Source of the DNA: the human T2T-CHM13v2.0 reference genome, Homo sapiens
Length of the DNA: 64,000 nt
Assembly (NCBI RefSeq): GCF_009914755.1
Contig: NC_060937.1
Reading direction: 5' to 3' (one strand)
The notes below the pieces were generated by a model. It worked only from the letters and a program-made list of their open reading frames with translations. It searched no databases and was not told the origin of the DNA. The position numbers and the translations under genes were made by a program. Positions 11,981-26,389 of the stretch are shown here, piece by piece. Every line of letters starts with the position of its first letter. Within the stretch, counting starts at the first letter, position 1.

Positions 11981-14900
11981 AGGTAAGTAAAGTACTTTCA
12001 ATCTGAAAAAGACTTTAGAAAACACCCATCTATTCTAACACCTTCATGGTAAATAAAACCCTAGGGATTGCGGAGCAGGTGGGCAGAACCAAAAGTAGAA
12101 TTAGGAGGCCCGATTAAGAACATTCTCCATGTTCAAACACAGGCCCCCATCTTTGCCGCAGCTGGGAAGTTGATGAGTGGCAAGGTGATGCACAGTTCTA
12201 CCTCTCTTACGGGGTATCCTCTCCTGCAACAGAGTCTTTACCCTGTGCGGGCAGTGTGGGTGATCCAAGATACCAATTAATAAGTACGAGTAATATTAAG
12301 TCATGGAAGGAAAAATAAGAAGGGCAGACGGGAGAGAAGACATGGCTTCGCTTAAATACTACTACTGTGGCCTTTGCAGATATTTGGAAACTTGGATTTG
12401 GCATCACCAATCTTTAATAATTCTATGTCTTTCAAAGTCCTTCTACTATTTTCAAAATAGGTTGAATAAAAATAGGTAAACAAATAGAGAATGAGAAACC
12501 TAATTAAGCAATTACTACTATGGTAGCTATTACTACCTACCTGTTTTCTTCATTAGCTAAGTATGGATATGGTAATCATATTTTTAATGTTGTTGTTGGT
12601 ATATGAAGCTGAAGATAAAGATAAATTCAGACCAAATTTCAGTCTTCTCATAAATATAACATTTTTTCTTATTCAAAATTTACCTTATGGCCTGAGACAT
12701 GAATCATGTTATAATGCCTTTGGTCTTTGATTTTATCTCTAATCATCCTGTTTTTGAGGAGTACCATGGAGTCCAATTAGCAACTATAGTCATTGATAAG
12801 CAGTCAGTTCTTCCATTCGTCTGTCCCTTTAATTGCTTCGTGCCACTTCTGTCTTTGAAATCCATGTTATCCTGGCCTTCGTAAATTAAAAATAGCTCCT
12901 CTCCAATATGGTATCAGGCCTAATTAATTATTCATACATTATTATTTTCCTAATTATTCTTCTTGATGTAAATGACATTAAAAGTCTGGGTCTATTTTTG
13001 GAACTCATAAGACCAAACAAAACAATGGCTTTAAGCAAGGTGAACCAGATGATGCCTTTGTGTGCGGTAATGTAATAACACAGCAAAGCCAAGCGAGGGA
13101 GAGAGATTATTCCATCAGCATTGAGGACTGCTTAAAGAACTTGTATTTTCCAATCTGCAGAAGCAGAATTTCTTTTAACCTCAGCTTTACTTCACTATCA
13201 GACGGCGTGGAGTGGCTAAATGCTAGTACCTGGCTGTCTAAGTGGGTCTGGGCCTTCCTGGCACTTCCCTCCCCAACTCCCCACTGATATATACAATGGT
13301 AGAGGGGAATGCGGGTCACCGTAAATTCTCCAGTGTACTCCTGCCACCGTTTTACTACCAGAGGAAAGAATGAGTCTTCTCATTTTCACTCCTCCCGATG
13401 GTAGCAACTTCAGAGGGCCCTTCACCCAGTGGCCATTCTGGCTGGACAACCTGTACAACAAGAACAGGGACCTGACAGTGGAGTGGGCAGGGACTCCTGG
13501 CAGCTCTGCCTGCTTCCCTTGGCCCTGATTTCATGACAGATTCCTGTGCCAGGCCAATTAATTTTAAGACTTCCCTGCAATGGATTGCAGAAGTTGGAGA
13601 AAATGAGGAGGCCAGAAAGGTGGTTCTTCCCTATTTCTAACTTTCCTAAAGCAAGAGGAAAATATATAACGGAGGAACCTCAGGATCTTTTCTGTTCATT
13701 CTTGAGAGTAAAAATAACAATTTTTAAAAAATAAAATGAACTTTAAAGATTTGTTTGCATAACATCAATAAATGGTGGTGGACTACCTCAGAGTCCAGTT
13801 GGTTATTTGTGCAATAGATCATGCATCTGGCACTTTTTTTTTTTTTTTTGATGAGGGAGAGAGCTTCCTGAAACAGAGAGGACATGGAGTAAGCTGGAGG
13901 TGTGCTCCTGAGGTTGCTTGCAGATGTTGTCTACACATGAGTGGAAGTAGCAAGGTCAGAGGAGACCCCTTCATGGAATATCAGTCTGTATCTTGGATGT
14001 TGTTATTTTGAGCCCCAGAATTAGGAAAAGTCAAGATATTATGGGCTGGTTTTACTGAACTCATGTAACCCAGCCTCTTTTATTCACAATATCCATATTT
14101 TAAAGCATATAGTCATATAAAAGTGAGTGAACACAGTACTAGATATCGAAAATTAATTTTAAAAACACATTCAGCATTGGGTTTTCCATCTTTGTAGTGA
14201 AACAAAGTCAGGGTTTATATAATTAATATCAAGCAGGTTAATTCTGCTCAAAAACTGCCTTAGTCAGTGGATAGTATCACAATTATTGAACTCCTGTGAA
14301 GCCCTCTGTTTCGCTTTGGCTGTGCTTGATATAGCCATCTCTACACCATCAGAGCTCTAACAGTAAGACAGACAAGGCTTGAAAGAACAGAACACCCGAC
14401 ATGATTGTAAATGTTGGGTAGACATCTTTAATTGCAGACCTAATTACCATGTGATTTTGGTTTGTATTCTATGGTTAGTAACTATATGAAAACTTACTTT
14501 TATATCATTTTTCAGTTTGAACCATCCTTTAATTTCTGTATTTACATATTCTTGCTCACTTTTTTTTTTTTTTGTGAGCAGTCTCAATAAATGATATATA
14601 TAAAATGTCCTGGCTGTGACCAGTTTAGGCATTTCCAGACACTGTCATGTGCACAGCTATTATTTTCTGCTTCATTTGTGAATGCTTATATTATGAATTG
14701 CTGAAAATATGTAAGCAATTTTAATTTAATATTTTTAGAAGTGTACTTGATTTTTGTCCTTTCTTTTTCCCACTAAATAATTTATGTTCTGAAATCTTGC
14801 CTTCAAATTAGTTTAATTTTCCTTTCTAACTTAGATGGTTTCACAAATGCACAGTTGTACAAATGTACACACATACACAATCTTCTTTCACAAAGCTCAG

Positions 14901-16169
14901 CCTGGCTACAAGTGCAGAAAGACAAAGGAGTATTTCTCAGTAGCTCTGGAGTGTCAGAGGGTACTTCATGCTTAGGGTAAAGATGGGCCGGAGAAACACC
15001 AGAGCATTGAAGTGAATCTCCCATGATGTCCTAAGACCACATCCGTATGAAAGTCCAAGAAGTCAGGAGCAGAAACTTGGAAGGAGCAAAGTCAAAGAGG
15101 TTATGAAGCTCTACATCTTGGAGACGAGACACACATGTGCAAGAAGGTTTAGTGCCAGGAAAGGGGCTAGAAGGTGGAGAGTGTCTTGCACAATCCCCTA
15201 GACTGGACAACTCTCAGAGTTTACAACTTGCTTTTATGAGCCCTAGAGGGATTTGTTGGTGGGAGGGTGAGCCTGACTTAAAGGTTCAGGGTGGAAAGGA
15301 CGTTGGTCTTGTTTGAAAAACGTTGATAAAACAAAAAGAAGTCCACTACTCTAGAGCCCTCGTTGTTGGCAGCTGTGCCCCAGTAGCAGTTCTAGGAGGG
15401 GGAAAATTCTTTTGTTAATGCTGTGGTTCCTTGACTTCAGTTTGGTTTGATGCAAATAAATTCTTTCATGTGTATCTCCTGATGAACACCCTGATTTTAA
15501 ATCCTCTGTTATGATCTTACCACCAATCTTCTATTTAAAATAGGAGATAAACAAAATGCTTATGTTATAGAAAAGAGAATGTTTGTTTGCCACATAATTT
15601 CCTAGAGAAACTTCCAAACTGAAGTCTATTCTTCAAAAGAAGCACCTTTTGTTACAAAGGACATAAAGAGGTAGGGTTGAAAAGTTAATCATACAAATGT
15701 GTATTTTAATTCAAGTAAATCGGTTGTATTTTCCTGTGGAATAACATTTTCAAGTGAATATTTGTGAAATAGCACTGTAGATTTAAGCCCAATATTTCTT
15801 TTTCTAATTTGCTTTTTATTTGCATTCAAAATCATGGCCTTGCTTTGAACATTCTAAGGTATTTTAAAAGCCTGTAGTGACTGAGCCTTTGAAATAATAT
15901 AGTAAGCAAAATATAAGTATTAAGACTTTAGTAATTATCCTGGCAAAGGATTGTACATAATTATATAGTTTTGAAATCAGAAATGACCAAAGAAATGATT
16001 CTGCTACTTGATGGCTTCCTAATGGCTAGTTGATAAGCATGAAACACCTTAGCATGAAGTAAGGCACTAGCTCCAAACTGACATATTTAATTCATCCTCT
16101 GGCTCCATTGTTTGCTCCCTGCGTTTCTTCTATGACAACATGATGCCGCTGTTGTTCTTCCTCCAGCAC

Positions 16170-16360
16170 TGGCTGGCCTTTGCTCTGCTCCATCTGGAAA
16201 TCCCCACTCACTTTCAAAGACCAGTTTCCATATAACACAACTCTTAATTCCTCAGTTAATTGCTCCCTATTTTGTGTCCCTAAGGCACTTTGTACATGGT
16301 GATATTTTAGTACTTGTCATACTGTATTTTTATGTGTTTTCATGTCTATCCCTGTAGACT
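16170..16360 (+). mobile_element. L2 fragment
   Basis: ttgctccctattttgtgtccctaaggcactttgtacat...cttgtcatactgtat L2 3' pattern. Confidence 0.5.
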
Positions 16361-16495
16361 TGTGGTTCTCAGCCCCAGACCCAAAGTATCCTTTTTAGAA
16401 TAAACATTTGGTAATGACTTATTATTATCTTGACATAAAATCCTTAGATATGTCACTTCACCTATCCTTATTGTTTTTAAAAATCAGTGTAAAGA

Positions 16496-16817
<322 letters not shown>

Positions 16818-16910
16818 TTATAATATACTTATACAATAAATTATACAGCTCAAGAATGACTTTCTAACAAGGTAGAATCAGCCTCTACAAATTTCCGTAA
16901 TGCACCCTAG

Positions 16911-16985
16911 GAGACAGTATCTTCTCCTGGGCTTAGGTAATCCTCCCACCTCAGCTTCTTAAGTAGCTAGGACTACATAGCCCAG
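16911..16985 (-). mobile_element. Short Alu monomer/AluJ-like fragment
   Basis: ctcctgggcttaggtaatcctcccacctcagcttcttaagtagctaggactaca. Confidence 0.7.
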
Positions 16986-19404
16986 ACTATATGTACATAA
17001 TTTTCCATTTATCCCAGGACCTATATAGTGAGCAAATTATTGTCTATAATATCAGACTGAGAATTATCTGAAAGTGAGGCTATACATCATAAATACTTTT
17101 ATAACCTAAATATTAAGATACTTAGTAATTGCAGTTGATTATGTCTAGAATGTTGGACTGATTCATATAAGAAATCTATTAAGAACTTAAGCAGATGGAT
17201 GAAAATAAGTGACCAGTCTATTTTTAATCCATATTATACCAATAGATTCATGTAGATTTCTTATATATGCCCCATTAACTTTTACAAAAGAAGGAAGAGT
17301 AAGTGAAGGAATCAAAATACATGGGATGAATTGTCATTTTTGATAATTTCATATATGCCTTGAATTTAGAGAACCTAGAATTCAGTCTTCCCAAGTCACT
17401 TTTTTACTTCCTTAATATGTAGGCTAGGAAATCTCTCGTAATAAAATGCTGTTGAATACAATGAAACCATAAAGAATACCCAAATGGATTGTCTCGTTCG
17501 TTCAGTGGCTGCATTTTTTCAAATACTGTTATACCTGATTTTTAAGCAGTGGGAAAATAAATATATGTAACTTTTATTAATCCCATGTATTTCTCATAAA
17601 CTGTAAAAAATTGGTATATGGTCAATTAATGAAACAAAAAGGTGCTATCGTCTTTAAAAATACTGGGATTAAATAATTAGAAGCAGCCAATAAATGTTGG
17701 TTTTGGTTATAGAATAGTTGAACAGCTTAAATTCTGTCTCAAAAAAAAAAAAAAAAAGAGCCCTGCAAGTTTCTCTTTGTCCATCTCTTAGCAGGGGTAA
17801 GGCGATGCTGGGTGATATTTTTTCAGTGGGAAAATGCTGGTAAGGGATATTTACATTTTATTTATGGTCTTAATATGCAGGAGAAAATATCTCTCTGATT
17901 GTCTATGCTTATCAAGATTAAAAGTTACTGATGAGAAAAATGGAAAAATATATAGTAAGTTTTAAATCACAGAAATTATTTCAGCCAATTAAATTAGAAG
18001 CCTAAGAAATAGGAAAATCCATTGCAGGAGACCAATAAAGACAGAATTTGATGGGTACCTAGATATAAATTTTGCAGCCACTTACTGAAATGCATTGATG
18101 ACCAAGGAATATTGGGGAAATAGACTCAGGATAAATTCCGAATAGACTGATATTTATGGTTTGTTTAGAAATAAAGGTATTAATATAAGAATTGGTAAGG
18201 TCATATAAATGTTCTAGAATACATCCCAGGGTGATGCGTAAAGAGAAGCTTCCTCATTAAATTGTTCTTCATGTTTTCAAAGATCTAGAGAATAGGAAAT
18301 GGAATTCCTTTTTAACTTGTAGGATAATCTTGTTGAATGTTTAGAAAGAGCATTTTGATTTGCCTCAGATGCAGCAGTCCTTATGGGGTTGAGTATCTAG
18401 AGATGATTGTATAGAAAATAGCCAGTCACTGTCTTTAGATATAGGTAAGGGAACTGGGGTGCCACTGTCATGGAAAAGCAGTCAGGCAAATTGTTGGTGA
18501 TATTAATACTCTGCACTATATGCCTCTACTTTTCTTCTCTTTGTCCTGTTCCCTCTTTATGTTTTTCTCTTTTCTTACTCATTGTCTTAGATTGACTCTA
18601 GCAAAGACACCCCATGCAATATTGGCGCACACATTTATTCAATCAGCAGGTATTTATTGGTCCCTGACTCTATGCTCATTGATTTGTCTCCAGGTAGAGA
18701 GTGGTCTAGATTAACTCCAGATAGTTGCCTAAAATCTCTTCACACACCGACTGGCATTCTACTAAACTATTTAAGATCCAAATTTTATTTTAAGTGTCTC
18801 ATTTTAAATTCTTAATCTGAAAGCATAAATTGTGAGTCAGTCTTAAGACTTAATTGATTGCATGCTAGTAAGAAACTGACTGGATTTTTTTAAAGGACAA
18901 TAACCTGAAATAAAGCTGTTATATTAGCTCTAAATCATATCATATTAAAAATGAAATATATAGACAAATAATACAGGAATAAGTGTGTGTACCTGAGGTT
19001 ATGATTTATTCCTCAGTGTTTATGATGTCTTATTTTCTCTACACAGTGGACATTGTGCTCTTACTCAGAACTGATAGTGTCATTGCTCAAGGCAAAATCT
19101 TTACTAAGATAATTTAGGGTGGAGTTGTTTATGATGCTATCGACTTGAGATGGACATTCTACACTTTCAAAAAAAAGGGAAGAATTGTCAGAAAGCATTG
19201 TCTAATATGCCAAATTTTAAATCATAATTATTAATTCTTCAAACTAATTTCTAGAGGACCAGGATGACTGTTAGCTCATATTCAGGTCTCTGAAATAAGA
19301 ATTGAGCATTGTTTTTATTGCTTTAGTTACAGGAGCTTGTGGGCAACATGTCTCACTGAGGCATTTATAAGGTAAAACTTGCCTTCTGTCTGGGAACGTG
19401 TCAT

Positions 19405-19590
19405 TGAGTCATTGCAATGGAAGAAATCTCATAAATCACCTAGCTCAATTTTCTAATTTCATAGAGGAAGAAACTGAAGTACAGTGGATTTCACTGACAT
19501 TGTCATTCCACAAGGTTAATTACACAAGTGGCACTAGAATATAGGCCACCTAACTTCTATTATCATGACTTTCCACCACGTCACTCTGCT
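19405..19590 (-). mobile_element. MIR
   Basis: tttcatagaggaagaaactgaag core and flanking MIR pattern. Confidence 0.6.
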
Positions 19591-21001
19591 TCATTCATTC
19601 TTTCTTCCATCCATCCACCCATCAGTTCAACCTAATGACACATACATGTTGTTGCTGACTACTTACCGGTCATAATTACAGGGGTTTAATTGATCATTTA
19701 AAGTATGTTACTTTTTAAGATTTTCTCCGGAGAAAATATTCAAAATACTTCAGTTTTAGGAAAACAAAAGCCTATGTCCAATTTGAATTTACTTTAATGA
19801 ATATATATTTAATAAATATACAGATATTTTGAGATCTTATTATACAATTCAAATAAAGGAAAAGATTTCAACTTGTCCAAAGTTTGTACGAGATCATCAG
19901 GTAGTTCTTCCAAGTGATATTTTTGACTAATTCCTAAAGCTGATATTGACTAGTGTTGCAATCTAACTTGATGTCAGCATGCATAACTGTTCAGTGTACT
20001 GTAATAGACGCTTAACATCAGGCTTTCTAATTATCTTGAATCCTAGAAATGATATAATAGACCATTCATTTTTATTCCTCCTTAAGCGTTGTAATTAATT
20101 ATTGATTTAAATGGGAATGTTTCACAAATTTTATTTCAAACTAGGACCGCATCACTTTTAACTTAAAATTGACTTCAGCTTTTTCAATCGATTTAATATA
20201 ATTCTTCATCATAGTTAATGTAGACTTTTTCTCCACTTTGTATTAATGACTTTGGTACCACAGGATAGTTTAAGATTTATATTATTATTATTTAGCCCAT
20301 GATTCTATGAGAATATCATTGGCAATTATGTTGTTATAATTTCTGCAATAGTGCTAAGGAAAAGGAAATATCTGATTTGTGAATCCTTAGGTTTCTAGAG
20401 CTATGTTGCCAGTCAAATAATCTTATAAAGACATAAAAGGTGCTGTGCATTTGTACATCTTAAAAATTGACATTATGCCATTACTTTCATTAGTGGGAAT
20501 ATCATTCAAGTCTTTAGAAACAAATTACATTTTTATGTCTAGCATTGTTTCTCAAAGAAACATTGAATAATGCTAAGCTAATCTTTGGGGTTATCTCATT
20601 TCCTTTTCAACACTTTATACATTGTCCCTACTTCCCTAAAGCAATATTTTCTTCATTCTCTTGTCCTTTGGCGGTTTCTCTCTACACACATAGTCCTTCA
20701 CTCTCTTCTGCCCCCACCCATCCTCTCCCTCTCTCATTCCTCTGATATAAAAGTTGGTACCATATTTCCAGGGGTTCAAATCAATCCATAATTGCGGTCT
20801 AGAGTCCTGTGTGGAAAGATTTTGAGATTACAGCTCAGATCAATGGGAAAGGCTGCTATGATCAAATGGTGATATCTGCCCTAAATGTTTGCTTGAGGAG
20901 TGGTAGACTTTTCCAGCTTTCCTTGAAACAATATCTCCAGTGCATTTGATATCTCCCTAACATCATGACGATTAACTAATCTGAAAAACAAATCTCCATA
21001 T

Positions 21002-21297
21002 ATTTATTTTGAGATAGGGTCTCACTCTGCTGTCCAGGCTGGAATGCAGTGGTGCAAACATGGCTCACTGCAGCCCTGACCTCCCAGGCTCATGGGATCC
21101 TTTCACCTCAGTCTCCGGAGTAGCTGGGACAGCAGGTGTGCACCACCACACCCAGCTCATTTTTTAAAAGAGTTTTTTGAAGAGAGGGAGTCTCGCCATG
21201 TTGCTAAGGCTGGTCTGGAACTCCTGGCCTCAAGCAATCCTCCGGCCTTGCCCTCCTAAAATGTTGGGATTACAGGCGTGACCCATTGTGCCCAGCT
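21002..21297 (-). mobile_element. AluJ
   Basis: J diagnostics agggtctcactctg, cactgcagcc, caggctca, ctcaagcaatcctcc; highly diverged. Confidence 0.9.
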
Positions 21298-22643
21298 GAA
21301 ATCTCTATTGATGTACTGAAAAAGCTTGGCTCCCAGCTTCTCATTTCTCTTCTAGTTACCATTACTTATGTGTAGTTTAATACTGACCTTCTGAAGACCA
21401 TGTCATTTTTTTAAAGCTATTTTTGGATAGTGCTGGGAAACTGAATTTCCCCTAATCATGCTACTAAGAGAAGAAACTGTTTTATGACCCTTAGGTATTA
21501 TGCAAACCAAGAATTTTTTTTTTTTAATAGGGAGACTGAATACACTTTGAGTTTTCTGACATTTTACCCTTTGGAATTGGAACTTTTATATGGAAGTCTA
21601 TTTAATTGTGCTAAATGTTTATGTTTTCACTCTTTCTGAATATTCCATCATATCTTCTTCCTTTTTATTTAGTCTTGGTACCTAAACTATATTTATATTT
21701 AAGCTTTATAAAACAATATATTATATTTCACCTTTATTCTTAAGAAATGAATGCTGGCAAATGCTATTATAATCTTGGTTTAGTGTTCTCTCACTTATTA
21801 AAGGCTTGGATCATACCAAAGACATATCAGTTATTTTATGATATTTCTTAGATTCATACATCAACTAATTGAGAAAAATGAAGACAATTTGATAATAAAG
21901 TTAATTTATGTGAAAAGTGCTTTAGAATGCTAAAGCACACTTTCTGGATTTACTTCTATTATTAAAATATTTACGATTGATATTTATTCAGATATCTAAG
22001 AGATTTTTTTAAAGTGGCTACATCCTGCTTTAGAGACAAAAAGGAAGTCAGGAGAAAGGAGATGAGTGGCCTATGTGAAGGGATCATGAACTTTCTTTCT
22101 AAAGATATGTGAGGATATTTTGTTTTAGATATTTTTTTCATTATGAGTTTCAACCTGAAAACCGTTTTTTTTTTTTTAAAAAAAAGGCAAAACAAATTAA
22201 TTCTGGTTGGTAATCAGATTAGTAACGTGATTGGATCGATGAATATGATGATAATTATAAAGAATTGCTAACAGAATTAATGGGTTAAAGTGGAGAATAT
22301 GAGGTGAAACTCATAAAATTTGCCTTCCTATACAAAGATCTGTAACTGTAAAGTAATGCACTAGAAGAAAGATATAGTGATGAAAGAAAATGATTCTTTA
22401 AAACTTGAACTGATTTGAGTGACACTGCACATTGTGTTCAACATAATAGGAAGTTAATTACTGTTTGTGTATTTAGTGTTTGAAGATTTGAGTGGTGAAA
22501 GAGGTATGAATACACATGTCTATGAACACTTTCATGCCAACAGATAGCAAACAAGTTGGGAGTGTTGTTCCTGTGGTATGAGATACCCTCCCGTGGTTTA
22601 GAAAAACTGTCTTTTTTCAGCATACATTTTCCTAAATTTAAAT

Positions 22644-23360
22644 CATTTGTTCATTCATACAAAAACGCATCTTCTGAGTGCTGGCCATGTGCCAGGCACT
22701 GTGTTAGGCACTAGGTATCCCATGTTGAGGGAAGCAGATGTGGTAACTGCCCTCAGGGAGATTCTCTTCTACTGGAGAGACCAGTAGAAGGGAATCAAAT
22801 AAGCAAGTAACTCAAACTAAAATACACATACATAAACACATTGGGAAAAGGGTGTTAAGGAATAAACGGTGCTGTGATAGATAAAAATGTTACTGGGAGA
22901 CAGTCCTAGGCTGGGAAACCATGAAGAGGGAATTGGAAGAATAAGGAACCAGACACGCAAAGAGAGCTGCGGCACTGAAGGTAGCTCCGAGGTGGGCATG
23001 ATCCAGAAACTGGTAGCAGGACAGTGAGGCTGGAGGAGTGGACACCACTGGAGAAGGGGAAGGAGGGAAAGGAGATGCCATAGGCGAGGTTGGCAGGGGC
23101 CCTGTCATGCCGCCTTTCATAAGCCGGGGCAAGTGCTTTGGAGTTTGCACAAAAGTAATGGGAAGCCCTTGATAGGCTTTAAGCAGAGGGTGACTTAATC
23201 TCTGTGATTTATGCTTTGAAAAGTTCATTCTAACAGCTGCAGAAAAAATGGTTTAGAGGCACCTAAAGAGGATGTGGAGAAACTGTTAGACAACTGCTCA
23301 CAGGCCAGGGCCCCGAACAGTGGCAGTGGCAGTAGGGGTAGAAAGAAGTGGACGGGATTC
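22644..23360 (-). mobile_element. L2 (L2a/b) 3' region
   Basis: ttcattca...tgtgccaggcactgtgttaggcact terminus and aatgggaagcccttg...tttaagcagagg internal motif. Confidence 0.8.
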
Positions 23361-23879
23361 AGAACTCACTCATGTTTAACTCGACAATCTGAAACGTGGA
23401 GAAATGACAGTTGGAGAACACGCCTTTCAGTTTATATTCCCTACTGTGCTTCCTCCCTTTCTCTAATGCCTAAAACATAGTTACAGGCTTCTAATGAATG
23501 CTTTCTCCCCAGATTTTGTTTCTAAGATTAGTCCCCCTGTTGTAATTATAGTTTACATAGTAATAAGTAAAATATAATTTTATATTATATTGTAATTTAT
23601 ATAGTTGCCATTTTGGGTTCAACATGGCTGAATATTGTTCAATTCGTATGATTCGACCCAACAGACTCAGAGTTTTACAATTCTCATTTAAACACTTGGC
23701 TAACACGGACGTATTCTATAATAAGGAAAATAATCTCCTTTTGTATGGATAAATAAATGAAGGGTCCAATGGCATTTCAGTGATGAAAGGTCCATTACTG
23801 CTGTTCCTCAGTCCCTGAAACATAGAGCACCCTCACTGGGTAATCTGGGATACAGGGGGAATGGAATGACCACTTTGTT

Positions 23880-23899
23880 AAAAAAAAAAAAAAAAAAAA
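23880..23899. repeat. Poly(A)20
   Basis: Seen directly. Confidence 0.9.
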
Positions 23900-24444
23900 G
23901 CCCACCTATCCACTATACTCAGTCAAATTCTATTATCCTTTTATTACTCTGTAATTTTGAGGGCAAGTTCAGCGAATAACTGTAGACGCTATTAAGAGCT
24001 GTCATGGAAAATGTATCTGTCCTTAAATGGAAGGGAGAAACATTACTGCAGAGGCAGTGCTGTTTCAATGTAGATAATTCTCCCCTTCAAGCTTTTTAAA
24101 ATAATGTTTATTGTTTCCTACGATGTCTCCCCAGACCGTTCTAACACTTGCAATTGCAGTCCTGCCTTTTTCCTCTTGTCAGGAATAAAATTTATGGAAG
24201 AAGCATGGCCCACGGGAACCAATCTTGTTTCATGTTAGTGTCTACACTAATAGTGCATAACAAGGGTCAATAGTAACTTGCAGGAAACATTGTTAAATCT
24301 ACCCAGCTTCTTAAAGGGTAAAAGGCCCAGAAAGAGGCTCTGACATTCTTTTCTCTTTAGCTTTATTTTGGGCATAAGAGAGAGAAAATGTGGCTGGTAG
24401 AAGTCATCATAACACATGCAAATAACAATATTGTGGAAAATCAC

Positions 24445-24891
24445 TGTATTATTGCCCCATGGTTGCTACAATAAATTGTCACACACTAGGTGGTGTCTTA
24501 AGACATCAGGAATTTATTCTCTCACATTTTTGGAGACCAGAAATCAGAAATCAAGGTGTGGGCAGGACTGAGTTCCCTCCAGAGGCTCTGGGGTGGAATC
24601 CTTTCTTGCCTCTTTCAGTTTATGGAAGCTCTATGCATGCCTTGTTCTGTGACTGTTTCAATCCAATCTCTGCCTCTGTCTTCACACAACCTCCTTCCGT
24701 GTGTCTTCTTCTGTCCTTTTCTGTCACTTATGAGGGCATTCTCATTGGATTTAGGGCCAATCCTAATTCAGCACGATCTCAACTAAATCCGTAATTACAT
24801 CTACAAAGACCCTATCTCCAAATAAGGTCATATCCTGTGGTTTCAGGTGGACATAAGCTTTGGAGGAGAGAATACTATTTCACACACTATG
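24445..24891 (-). mobile_element. MaLR solo LTR (MLT1B-like)
   Basis: tgtatta start, aatttattctctcaca, aaatcaaggtgtgggcagg, aaagaccctatctccaaataaggtca. 5-bp TSD atcac (24440-24444) / gtcac (24892-24896). Confidence 0.85.
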
Positions 24892-24947
24892 GTCACTGAC
24901 TTGATGGTTTCTTTCTTTTTTTTTTTTTCTTTCCTAATTCCAATTTT

Positions 24948-25309
24948 TATTTTATTTTACTTTAAGTTCTGGGATACATATGCAGACTGTGCAGGTTTGT
25001 TACATAGGTATACATGTGCCATGGTGGCTTGCTGCAGCTATCAACCCGTCATCCAGGTTTTAAGGCCCGCATGCACCAGGTACCTGTACTAATGCTCTTC
25101 CTCCCCTTCCCCTCTACCCCCAACAGGCCCCAGTGTGTGATGCTCCTCTCTCTGTGTTCCATGTGTTCTCATTGTTCAACTCCCACTTATGAGTGAGAAC
25201 ATGCAGTATTTGGTTTTCTGTTCCTGTGTTAGTTTGCTGAGAATGATGGCTTCCAACTTCATCCATGTCCCTGCAAAGGATATGAACTCATTCTTTTTTA
25301 TGGCTGCAG
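24948..25309 (-). mobile_element. 5'-truncated L1PA (PA8-PA10-like) 3' end
   Basis: L1 3'UTR with aggttttaagg cccgcatgca diagnostic. 15-bp TSD cctaattcca(a/g)tttt at 24933-24947 and 25310-25324. Confidence 0.9.
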
Positions 25310-25829
25310 CCTAATTCCAGTTTTATCAACTTTTAAGGAAGCTATTTATTCTCAATGCTTTGCCTCTAAAAATAAGATGGGAAAATGGGATAAAGACAGT
25401 TGATTCATAGGATTGTCAGAAGATCAAATTACCAAACGATCTCTATAGACATTCAGTAAGAGAACATAATTTAATATGGAAATATTTGATCTAATTGTAA
25501 AATGCTATTAATTTGCTCAACCAAACTCTTGTGATGGAGACTTTGAAAGAAGTACGTTTCCACATATGGTCTGAATTTATCACTTTTTCATATTACTGGG
25601 CTTGAAGTGATAGGTTCTTGGGCATAGATTGAGGTTCTAGCTTGAAGAATGTTTGCCTTTTATGTATTTGTATAAGTTTCTATTTCATCAGTTTTATTTA
25701 TACTAACAATTTTAGTTTGGTCTTAGTTCCCAATATATATATATATCACATGTGACTATCTGAACGATCATCCTGTATATCTCTTTCTATGGGGCAGGAA
25801 TTCTGCCAAAATTCCATCCATTATACTCT

Positions 25830-26000
25830 GCAATCCTGTATCACAACAGGTCTTTGAATGAGATATGATTGTCCCTGCTTTAGAGATGATGAAACTGAAG
25901 CTTAACTGACTTGTGCCAATACATACAGGTGTCAGCAAGATAACTGCTATTTAAACCTAGGGCTTCTTGGCTCCAGGGTGCAAGCTTTTGACCACTGCCT
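25830..26000 (-). mobile_element. MIR
   Basis: tttagagatgatgaaactgaagctt core. Confidence 0.65.
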
Positions 26001-26389
26001 AATGATTCTCTTTAAGGATGTGCATCCTGAGTTTGGGAGGAGGTCTACACATTTATCAGCTGTTAATCCAGTGTTACCTCAAGCCTATTGCGTTCCTGAG
26101 ACCTGAAGCATCTTTCTGGGTCTCAGTGTGCCTGGCCCATGACCTTACCCAAGGAGGGCTCAAGTTCAATCCCTTGGGGGCTCAAATTGTTTCTTCAGAC
26201 TCCTGGCAACTTGGAGCAGAAGCAACTGATATTGAATGAGGAGACAGAGATCATTTGCCCTAGCAGTATCATTCACCTTCAACTAAGATTTCCCCCTGGA
26301 TGCTATACCTATTCAGAGGCAGACTAAGGTCACCAATTAAGCTGAATAGAGTAGCTTTCTCTCAAGCTGAGGTATATGCCAGATTAAAA

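Noticed and set aside
13370-13528. Short ORF with coding-looking stretch WLDNLYNKNRDLTVEW
   Set aside because: About 52 codons, no recognised homology and no convincing splice sites.
17165-17266. 14-bp inverted repeat with 74-bp spacer as a MITE
   Set aside because: AT-rich, no recognisable TIR family or TSD; compatible with chance.
19720-19737. Perfect 18-bp palindrome attttctccggagaaaat
   Set aside because: About one such palindrome is expected by chance in a window this size; spacing does not fit a STAT site.
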